A stretch of 48,976 nucleotides of DNA from IMG/VR virus record IMGVR_UViG_3300016467_000502, positions 76,785 through 125,760 of that record; one strand, given 5' to 3'. The first letter of the stretch is position 1. Each line of letters begins with the position of its first letter. The translations under genes and the position numbers were made by a program. The stretch is from a virus (Duplodnaviria; Heunggongvirae; Uroviricota; Caudoviricetes). The notes below the pieces were generated by a model. That model searched no databases. It was not told the origin of the DNA and worked only from the letters and a program-made list of their open reading frames with translations. Shown piece after piece: positions 10,901 through 18,028 of the stretch.

Positions 10901-13900
10901 CTTGTGGTAGCTGTGACGTGAAGCCGTGATGGTCTTCTTGGAGTTGTTTACCACCTTCATCGCCTGAAGGGTCATAATCTCTGACTCTGTCAGTTTGCGA
11001 TAGTGCTTGGCAATCAACAAGTCATGCACCTTGCTGGTCATACGACCTAAAGTTTCGTGCATGTCCATTTGGTGCATTAACAGAGATACAGACTGACCGT
11101 CAAAGATCTTCTGCAGCATACCTGCATACTTACCTCCAAAATCTTCAGCACCATTTTCTTCTGCAATTGCCCTTTTAAAGTCCTCTGCCAGAATAACTTT
11201 CAGTTCTGGAGTAGTCATAGGGTCCTCAGCAATCTCTTCTTCTGAGAAGTAAGGCCCATACTCAGGATGATCCTCATGGATGAATCCTTTGATGGTGTCT
11301 ACTACAGCAGCGCGGTGCGTTCCTTCCTGCATGCTGTCACCAGCAGCAATATACTTTTTGTTACGCTTAACTGCATCTTGCGCACTCTTTACGTTCATGG
11401 CCTGGTTGCCATCAAATATATCGTTGAAGTGTAACGCGTTAGTCCAGTTGTTATAGAAATAATCAGCCAGTACTGCCTCCCAATTTAAGCGGGAAACTGC
11501 TGTACCTTTTACGTTACCATAAATCTCCATCAGGTTAACCGGTTTCTGGTAACCCACTTTAAGTTTAGAAGGCAACAGGGTGCTAAAGAAATAGTTAACC
11601 GGAGCAGCGCCCTCAGCTGTATTATCTTGCGCGCTCTGGATAATGTTGTTATTTTCCAGTACTTTCAAAAACGTATTAAACTCCTGCTGTGCATATTCAT
11701 CTAAATACGAAGGTACGCCACCTAGATCAAGTTCATCAAACTCAATTCCATCCTGAGCAGCTTCTACAAGCGCCTCTTCAATAGCAGGATTGGCTGCAAA
11801 GAAATCCGCAAGCTTGTGAAATTTATAAGCTCTCAACGGCTTACCGTCTTTGTCAGTAAACTGAACTTTATCATTTGCGTCCAGTCTGCCGTTAAACTCT
11901 TTGATAAACTCATCAGATGTTTGGCTTTCAAAAAGCTTTTTAAACTCCTCACGACGACCAAACTCTTTACGCATGCTTTCGTACTCTTGGCGAATAACAC
12001 CAATCAGGTCTTGCACAATCGCTTTGTATGTTCCAGGTACACCTTCAATCTTTACTTTTTTCACACCATTCTTATCAGCAAACTGACGGTACAAAGATGT
12101 AACCAGGAAGTTGGTGTTAGATGACTCCAATTGGTGGAAAGAACGACGGTATGTTTGTATAGTAACCTTGCCATCCTTTTCATTGGAGGTTTCCTCCATG
12201 CGGCTTAAAAACGATGTAAAGTTCAGGATGTGCAGAGTGTGTTCATCCAAATCACCAAACGTTCTACCGTCTAGTATAGTATCTCCCACTTTACCTTGCA
12301 CTCCACCAAACATCTCCACGCGCATATTGTTTAACAGAAGCTTGACCATCTTGGTCATCTCGTCTGTCTTACCTTCCATGACACCGCCCAACAAATGGTT
12401 GTTTGTAATAAAGTCTTTCAGGTATGACTCATAGAATTGGTCTTCTGCCAGTGAAGCCTCCAGCCCTTTTTGACGCACGTCTTCTGCAGTAATAATCATA
12501 GGTGAATACTTGATGTATTCATAGATTGGCTTACCTTCTGCGTTGTATACAACAGAGCTGAACGCGGTCGGGTCATACTTGACCATGAACTTGGCAGCCT
12601 TACGCAATATGCTGTTAAAGCTTTTTACTTCTGGAGACGCTGTACTTTCATCATCCAGCATATTTTCAAACATCTTTGGAGTGGCACCTTCTGTTCCAGC
12701 AGCTGCTTCCAGGATGTTCTTCAGATTGGTGAAGAATGTTTTCTCCAGGTATTCTTTCTCATTGGCAAACTGGCGATCCAGCTCGTATTGCTCCAACGTC
12801 TTTTCATCCAGCTTAGAGATGGTTTTCTCATTCTCCATTTCCTGGATAGCAATCATAGAGAACCGCAACATGGACTTAGGGATCTGCAGACCAATAGTCC
12901 ACAGACTCTTGTGCAACTCGTCCACCATATTGTCCAGGCTTCTCTGGCTCTTGTCACCAGTGAACAGCGTCTCTGCTGTAGAAATCTTGGTAGCAATCTG
13001 GATAGCATTCAACAGAGCTTTGCGGTAAGCATCGCTTCCACGCTCAGACTTCTGAGTCAGGATCATGCGCTCTACAAGCCTGTTCTTTTTATTATTGATG
13101 TCCTTATACTGAATCTTGTCAGAAATGCTGAACTTGGGCGTAGTGTCCTTGTCCACCATCTCCTCAATGTTGTCCATGTCTGGCGCCTCAAAGTACTGCA
13201 TGTTGAACATCACGTAACCAATACGTGTTCCGTGCAGCACGTTCAGAACCATTCGGTACATCTGTGCGTTGGTCATGGGTATAGACCCATTGTCCAACAG
13301 TGTCAATTTCTTAATCTCGTTGTACACTGCCTCCAGGTCCATGGCTTCATTGATCAGACCATCGTCGTACCAACGCTCATACACCATTTTCAGGGTAGGC
13401 AGGATTTGCATGGGCTCTTTGTTGGCAGCGATCTTTAACAGCGTGGGGGTCAGCTTACGACCATCCACAATCGCAGGAACCAGGATACCATACACCGGGT
13501 GGACATAATCCCTTCTGATGGTGCTCAAGAATTTCTTAAACTCACCGGGCAAGCTGTCCATACGGTTAATCTCATTGATGGCTTTCTCAAAATCTGCAGA
13601 CTCTGGGTTCTCCTCGCGGTTTTCCGCGTTCTCGTCCAGCGGTTTAGCCACAGCATTCATTGCTCCTTCCATGTTCTCTACACTGATAGGATTGGTAGAG
13701 CTGACACTAAACTCATTCAGGCGCTTACGCACCAAACCCATAAGGGTTGCCATAGACTCAGAACCATCTGTGTTGCTTCCGTTATCCAGGAACAGTGCGT
13801 CGTTTTCTTCCTTACCTGTTGTGTTAATATCATACACCTGTGTTTCCACACCGGCTTTCAGGTCACGCATACGCTGACCCAGGATGAAACGCATCTGGTT

Positions 13901-16900
13901 GTATTTAGGCAGGAATTCCTTTTTGATGTCCTCATGGAACTTAGGATCTGCCTGGCGCAGCAACATGTCTATGTTGTATACTTCATTCAGTAACACAGTG
14001 GCTGCGTCCTGAAACTTCTCTTCAAACTTTCTCTTAGAGTTGTCTGCCAACATCTGTCGTACGACCATGTTCACAGCCTCTTTCTCATATTCGTCCAGCA
14101 ACGTAGTCGCCTGGCTCATCACACGCCCTGTTGGCGTCATCACCACTTTTCTCAGACCCTTAATCTCAAAGGCTGCTTTGCCATCATACGCGGTACCAGA
14201 GATGATGCTTTCTTTGTACTTACCGGTAGCAATGTCACGGTAAGTGGTTTCAATCACATCGCGGTTAGCCTTAAACATTGTGATCAGCTTCTTCAGCAGC
14301 TCAAACAACTTGGCCATAATACCTTTAGGTGCAGTAGCACGGCGGCTACGCATGTAACGCTGGAACCCGTCTGCCAGGATCTCCTCAGCAACCAGGTCCA
14401 TCATTTCCGCCTTGTTGTACACAAAGTTGCGTACACGGGCAAACTCAATCAGGTTTGCATCCGTAAACTGGTCAGCGTATTTAGGATTGTCAATGATGTT
14501 ATTCAGCAGCTCTCTACGCTGTGTGTCTGTCATCAAGTAACGGAACACGCCGTGGAACGCTTCGTGGTAGACAATGCCTTTGCTCAGCATTGATTTATTC
14601 AGGTGCAGTACTTTGTCTTTGAACAGACCCAGTACAGTGCCATCAATTCTCATCAAGTCAACCACGCCTTCCATGTCAGAGATCTCAATACCAAACTGAC
14701 CCAGTGCCTCACGGAACCAGGCTACTTCAGACTTAATATCCTGCATGGTTGCAGCTTCATACTCATCTGCAATCTTAAACGCCTCATCTTCCATTTTAGG
14801 AATAGCGCTTGACGGTCCTGACGGATTGGCTTTTGCTTCCTCACGTTGGTATTCTTCAACAATGCGCTTAGCTTCATCAAGCGTAGGTATATACTCTGCA
14901 ACAATACCATCCTCATTATGCTCAATATCGTATGTACCGTTGATCTTAGCAATTCTGTATGCACCAATGGTTACGCTTGGCTCTGGTGCATTCATCGCGT
15001 CAATAGCATTAGTAAGCTCTTCACGCATCTGGTCCAGCATGCTATTTAGTATAGCTTCTGTTTCTTCATCCGGCATAGCCTCCATCTGCTCTGCTACCAC
15101 GTTCATGTTATCCATGAATCCGTTGTAGATCATTGCATAGGTTGGGTTATTTACAATTTCCTGCTGCTGAGCATTCAGCTCGTTTACAGGAATACCGTCT
15201 GCCAGTGCTTCAAACGCTTCTATGATAACATCTGCGTTTACTACAGCTGCATCAGCGGTGATAGTAGTCACAGGCTCCACGATGTTTACGGGAGGTGCTG
15301 TGATGGAAGTACCTTGTCCAGATGGAGAGGTACGGTCTACCACTTCTTTGGTAGCGGGGGACATTGCTGTTCCTGCCTTGGCTGTGATCAGGGTTTCTGC
15401 GCGGTTGGAGTGCTTAACCGTAAAACGCTTGGAATTTCTGTAAAACGTAGGCGTAGATGCTCCCTTCTTGCGATTGATGCCAACGTGTGGCCATTTGTTG
15501 CCATCGTTATCTTTATCTACCACAAGGTACTCCAGGTTGAACCCTTCATTAGGAAACGTATACGTGCTTCTAAGCGCAGCCTCCACTTCAGGATGCTCGC
15601 CCATTCGTTCTTGTAACGGTTTGACAATCAAGTCAATCATGAACTGCGAGAACTTCTCTCGCGTCTCGTTTAGATAGTCCACCAAGTCTTGAGCAGACTC
15701 TGTCAGGCTGTTGGTCTCTTCCATTACAGACAGTGCTGTATAGAATCCCATACGGCCCTCGACGGTGCTTAAGTCATAAGCCTTCAGGGAAGGATTGTCT
15801 GCAAGCACCTGCTGTATCTTTTTACCTTTAGGTCCCAACTCTTCTGCCAGACCAATCAAGCGAGCTTTGAAGGCATCGCTAAACGCAAACTGAAATTTGC
15901 TACGCTGCTCTAACATTACTTTTAGAGGGCTGGTGTTGCTCTTGTCTTTAGGAACCAGTTCAAATTTCAGCGTACCTTTAAAGAATTCAAGATTGAGGTA
16001 GAATGGTCCGCGTGCACCGCTAAAGCGATACATGCTGTTAAACGCTTGAGCAGCCTGAGTCATTTGACCTTTGGCAGTGCGTTCTTTAGTGCTGACCATG
16101 TCTGCGACCATGTTGATGAAATCCACAAACCCTTCATTGGTCTGCATGGGTTTCTGATCTTCCAGGGTCAAGTAGCTAGTAGGCTGTCCGTCCTTGAAGC
16201 GCACCACAATCATGGTATTCTTCTGACTGTACTTATTATCGCTAAACAGATTCTCTTTAATGAACTGGTCAATGTTAGTGATGCCTAGCTCATACTCAAA
16301 GTAATCTTCTTCGCTATATAAACTATCACCAACCTTGATACGTTCATTAGCAGCCAGTACAGAGTTAGGCATAAAGAACGCAGTATCACGACTACCTACG
16401 CGGTAGAATACAAAAGGTACTTTTCGTTTGGTGGTGCTTAGTACATTCTCATCATCATCTATGGTAGCTACTTCCAGTTCTAGGCTAAGAGAGCTGTCTG
16501 TTTCCATAAACTCTTCCAGGCTTGGATTTTCCCTGGTGCGGCCCTGTGACATGTCAAAGCTCTCAAAGAACTCTTCTGTGAAATCCACAGAGTTGATGCC
16601 TTTTGTGAACATGTCTTCCATTGCTGCACCATGCTTAGCTTTGAATTGCTGCAATTGGTTATACGACTGCATGAGTGCAGCCATATCTGATTCAGTCAGT
16701 TCAACTGGTCCAGCCACACCATTGAGCAATGCCAGCTTCTGGAATCGTTCGCGGTGTGCAGGATTATTGAAGTCTACCTTCTCAGTAGTGTTATTATCAT
16801 ATACAAACACGTAGTTATCCAAGGTCCACAGGTTGAACAGGATGTTCTGACCGTCTTCCATCAGCAACTCCCCTACCAACTGGAACTTGTTTTCTTCTTG

Positions 16901-17998
16901 GTTAGGACGGGCCACAGAAAGGACCACACCGCCGGGTGTGTTCTTCAGATAGCTGATCTGCCCAGTGCTCTCAAATGTTTCATGCTTGCGGTTGGCCAGT
17001 CCTGCCATTTCAGGATTGGTGCTGGCTAACTCCTGGATACGCTCCATACGCGCCTGGGCAATGCCTGGTCTTACAGCATGAATTCTGATACGGCTCATGG
17101 GGTTTTCCATGGTTGCCATCTCTGCTCTTAATTTATCTGCGTCTTCTCCAAATGCTGCCTGAATCTTCATCGCAGAATATAGCATTGTTGGTGACACACG
17201 CTCTTCTGCGGAGTTGCTGTCAAACGGAAGTGGTCGTCCTGCTTTATAATTGCGGATGTCTTCTTTGCTTAACGCAATCATTTCACCCTTGTCGTCAATC
17301 ATGTACAGCACACCATCTTCAATGAATCCCTCTACAAGCTCGCGATTGTTTAAAGAAATCAAAACATTGTTTAACTGAGCTTCAATAGGTAAGTCGTTGA
17401 TATCTACATAGTTAGTAGTTTGCAACAATTCATCTAGTGCCTCAGACATGTACTTACGCATAGTGGCGTTGTACGCAGGATCTTCTGTAAAAGAATCAAT
17501 GATTTCTGTAACGCTCTTGCGGACCATGTCCACATAGCTTCTGCGGTCTTCACCAGTTACCCCATTGGCAGTAAAGAACTGTCTGAGTAAGGTGATGATA
17601 CCTTTATCACCAAATAGATCACGACCACGTTCAAATTCAGTCTGCGTAGACATACTATCCAGGCGGTCCTCAATAATCTTAGCCGTAATAGTTGGAGCAG
17701 CCTTTGTCTTATACAAGCTGTTCATGAATTTCATGTAGGCCTTGGTGTCGCCCAGCAGGTGCACCGCACCCTTAACATCCGCAGCCTTTCCAGGCTCGTA
17801 GAATTTGCTGTCAACACCTGCAAGACCATCATAGATGTAGGCCAGCTGGTGGATAGATAATTTTTTCTGCTCAGGAGTTAGATCGCTGTCAAGCACAAAG
17901 CGAACAGCGTTGTCATAACTGCGGTAAGCAGTAGGATCAAATTTGATCAGTTTTTGTACAAAAGAAATGTACTTGCCAGTTAGAATATCACAGGCCAT
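4997..17998 (-). CDS. Virion-packaged two-barrel DNA-dependent RNA polymerase polyprotein (4333 aa) with zincin (HExxH) and ASCH-like domains
   Basis: Catalytic DxDxD motif AGSDFDVDT (DFDVD at 9365-9379), preceded by RIPTEDKRSM. Beta-like basic motifs NNSKKT and KLSVQAK. Zincin motif VYHEAFH (14552-14566) with downstream AEEILAD. C-terminal ASCH-like segment. Size and context match crAss-like virion RNAPs such as phi14:2 gp66. Confidence 0.9.
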   Translation of the reverse strand: MACDILTGKYISFVQKLIKFDPTAYRSYDNAVRFVLDSDLTPEQKKLSIHQLAYIYDGLAGVDSKFYEPGKAADVKGAVHLLGDTKAYMKFMNSLYKTKAAPTITAKIIEDRLDSMSTQTEFERGRDLFGDKGIITLLRQFFTANGVTGEDRRSYVDMVRKSVTEIIDSFTEDPAYNATMRKYMSEALDELLQTTNYVDINDLPIEAQLNNVLISLNNRELVEGFIEDGVLYMIDDKGEMIALSKEDIRNYKAGRPLPFDSNSAEERVSPTMLYSAMKIQAAFGEDADKLRAEMATMENPMSRIRIHAVRPGIAQARMERIQELASTNPEMAGLANRKHETFESTGQISYLKNTPGGVVLSVARPNQEENKFQLVGELLMEDGQNILFNLWTLDNYVFVYDNNTTEKVDFNNPAHRERFQKLALLNGVAGPVELTESDMAALMQSYNQLQQFKAKHGAAMEDMFTKGINSVDFTEEFFESFDMSQGRTRENPSLEEFMETDSSLSLELEVATIDDDENVLSTTKRKVPFVFYRVGSRDTAFFMPNSVLAANERIKVGDSLYSEEDYFEYELGITNIDQFIKENLFSDNKYSQKNTMIVVRFKDGQPTSYLTLEDQKPMQTNEGFVDFINMVADMVSTKERTAKGQMTQAAQAFNSMYRFSGARGPFYLNLEFFKGTLKFELVPKDKSNTSPLKVMLEQRSKFQFAFSDAFKARLIGLAEELGPKGKKIQQVLADNPSLKAYDLSTVEGRMGFYTALSVMEETNSLTESAQDLVDYLNETREKFSQFMIDLIVKPLQERMGEHPEVEAALRSTYTFPNEGFNLEYLVVDKDNDGNKWPHVGINRKKGASTPTFYRNSKRFTVKHSNRAETLITAKAGTAMSPATKEVVDRTSPSGQGTSITAPPVNIVEPVTTITADAAVVNADVIIEAFEALADGIPVNELNAQQQEIVNNPTYAMIYNGFMDNMNVVAEQMEAMPDEETEAILNSMLDQMREELTNAIDAMNAPEPSVTIGAYRIAKINGTYDIEHNEDGIVAEYIPTLDEAKRIVEEYQREEAKANPSGPSSAIPKMEDEAFKIADEYEAATMQDIKSEVAWFREALGQFGIEISDMEGVVDLMRIDGTVLGLFKDKVLHLNKSMLSKGIVYHEAFHGVFRYLMTDTQRRELLNNIIDNPKYADQFTDANLIEFARVRNFVYNKAEMMDLVAEEILADGFQRYMRSRRATAPKGIMAKLFELLKKLITMFKANRDVIETTYRDIATGKYKESIISGTAYDGKAAFEIKGLRKVVMTPTGRVMSQATTLLDEYEKEAVNMVVRQMLADNSKRKFEEKFQDAATVLLNEVYNIDMLLRQADPKFHEDIKKEFLPKYNQMRFILGQRMRDLKAGVETQVYDINTTGKEENDALFLDNGSNTDGSESMATLMGLVRKRLNEFSVSSTNPISVENMEGAMNAVAKPLDENAENREENPESADFEKAINEINRMDSLPGEFKKFLSTIRRDYVHPVYGILVPAIVDGRKLTPTLLKIAANKEPMQILPTLKMVYERWYDDGLINEAMDLEAVYNEIKKLTLLDNGSIPMTNAQMYRMVLNVLHGTRIGYVMFNMQYFEAPDMDNIEEMVDKDTTPKFSISDKIQYKDINNKKNRLVERMILTQKSERGSDAYRKALLNAIQIATKISTAETLFTGDKSQRSLDNMVDELHKSLWTIGLQIPKSMLRFSMIAIQEMENEKTISKLDEKTLEQYELDRQFANEKEYLEKTFFTNLKNILEAAAGTEGATPKMFENMLDDESTASPEVKSFNSILRKAAKFMVKYDPTAFSSVVYNAEGKPIYEYIKYSPMIITAEDVRQKGLEASLAEDQFYESYLKDFITNNHLLGGVMEGKTDEMTKMVKLLLNNMRVEMFGGVQGKVGDTILDGRTFGDLDEHTLHILNFTSFLSRMEETSNEKDGKVTIQTYRRSFHQLESSNTNFLVTSLYRQFADKNGVKKVKIEGVPGTYKAIVQDLIGVIRQEYESMRKEFGRREEFKKLFESQTSDEFIKEFNGRLDANDKVQFTDKDGKPLRAYKFHKLADFFAANPAIEEALVEAAQDGIEFDELDLGGVPSYLDEYAQQEFNTFLKVLENNNIIQSAQDNTAEGAAPVNYFFSTLLPSKLKVGYQKPVNLMEIYGNVKGTAVSRLNWEAVLADYFYNNWTNALHFNDIFDGNQAMNVKSAQDAVKRNKKYIAAGDSMQEGTHRAAVVDTIKGFIHEDHPEYGPYFSEEEIAEDPMTTPELKVILAEDFKRAIAEENGAEDFGGKYAGMLQKIFDGQSVSLLMHQMDMHETLGRMTSKVHDLLIAKHYRKLTESEIMTLQAMKVVNNSKKTITASRHSYHKQSENMFDRLDVSRIKDEYFDGTEETEQDVYDMLHTMWSKVYELRKQYQRQLKTGEDSKATFSQIQDTVRMIHEFYEPLPHRVRAHEILNAMEYFQIDQFMDAEASKNATRLPINVLRAPKKAGYLNFDFIAVDVDNRYKFLQVETSGVKDKAKLSVQAKMLLPADIQKLADLIEIADNRKLNKSEREFLDNLADRLLADYQDSLRDATRARLLYLTNIMRGMVPSDALARQKELSKIANQDKVSSEAAAQISKLGDIINDFKGTKAVTERHKQNARLVLDALANDKSVSKETYEAAEDIVNDIVEAGNFKVSKIYNMIRENLAVQGAPQQMLEMFELDAAGKPVYSPNLPEIRSMLEYYFFSQYSKHVTDEKGSGGKFIHISQFGYDVLYNKDTGEVIKTQEYAKNKAAYPNVGVRKLGVTSEPELDKDGKPTGRTIYMVECILPEPFRDNPEFREFFEQELTRLFATRIPTEDKRSMVILKAVDYMDSSNLNGIIVPYFVHMLAGSDFDVDTLYAQAYSYYKNMNGQFVKYGDYKNYRNEREGKFVEFMHFITKKDEFKDLIASRLREIREEGTFDLDSDSDVFKYMKMLGFTTDDFVKTINLSQINARIEEMQADIEALSEQRDELGDYLDELKDQIALGETKKGGKKRVNSLKDIKQKRSKAIDEIRGVKQQLADTIKDIRPLQEESWEAASTAEKFMYAAAKVKAMFDVLSKFDIPINIEEFEKHEFMQDLVADKYQNQNLNARQAILGNEQIFNYLYKKERSSVDRFKQLAKEFGIDLKKAGLKTNQYTITSMIRSKADNGIFKDGIGITANMNKFLAMASWYELELEKPVWQFHSDKTGKNWNRLHKFGAINAEKQRVIALIGNVLGMFADGAKEPIPSALKMNDVNTGVTLAMIGVGLRPEFALGFNFIPEIAQASATVIAAQRALRSTTDKQFASLSSEVRKAAAELLTPEVFQELTEAGLFDEDMPFFDPRINKSKLVIEFSTPLERGMKLDDTRMSNNELTIGEIGYTVKGLKSDAVLSEDAQKWVLLNMYEQQAAQSFDIATAGSMINMLKALNPEFTSFDKIYSNMASMMSGESIFTEESMKPLLEDQVWNELFKMGTDLAQQSSNLFLERGPFFKQINNVFKELFMDKSHIAKTIVGYVGIKRLRDTLPGSRKSADSYIQSLIDREDQALRDTFTAEFWFTNTLGEELRSFQAKYPNNKFLNYLKEEVVESQIAQIGEEQLPMRFIKMINTVKLKSDEASGVYNDVMSLMNDQEGKLFLKKLFYHELARGGMGNKKNMFYNFLPRVFRKELSNNIDLFVNTLKTTYNDPDAFEKMIQDFFGATDNDKVYDAFDMLFTNMVYNAIKEPNNTRIKTRFNLNISEKKRLMQTLPVPEGMSADDKRAAITNVINAMFGKSGEIIPTPSRGNLVLPMGQKELGAEFVINMTDEALGIYGLNDFAIARLAGMFGIETGNEGQFAFPMVIKFQDGSVYMLQGAGDEVSGTIGENVFNTLSGKSTSFATSGKAARYTLMPSNLMAEAISPMGFDADEINKFAEIMVEKVETVVESEDNYVPTDFRATQTLRSTPEPEIEEEDGPEEVDETEGSGMTEDTSMAARILARKKGIKVSEPVVTPTAEKTETKDITPKEPKEKIALEPGRYVKFNDAVYIVTKINANKTIQIYNPTKEGAGSKVSVAERNLTPMAESAQIVSYKDQQYMVTPKGNIISMATFKQMKWAENDGNRLAIMELAKTPAKNITENSNIKASIPQNKVSGVESFGSLVKANAQVEAALGPDARSIDMILGGFRTRTTRSEKEMAKYNIQVGDVIKHFGTSADGTTKQVLARVTAVHPKGTPGWKGTWEKEGWRKEDAFVIDRFKTGAAAIEFELLDNNKPAQVQQQPAGPEIFEDEDGNLEASLEKDLVDLNLSDKALRYLYANSSQRMTFEKFAQEAKRFADKMRGVKSTEDIIDDITCL

Positions 17999-18028
17999 AT
18001 CAGGTTAGCTATTATCAGAGGTACTGGA

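Noticed and set aside
4997-17998. Intein or group I intron in the RNAP gene
   Set aside because: The ORF is continuous, and I saw no Hint splice-junction (C...HN-C/S/T), LAGLIDADG or HNH motifs. The extra size is explained by fused domains.
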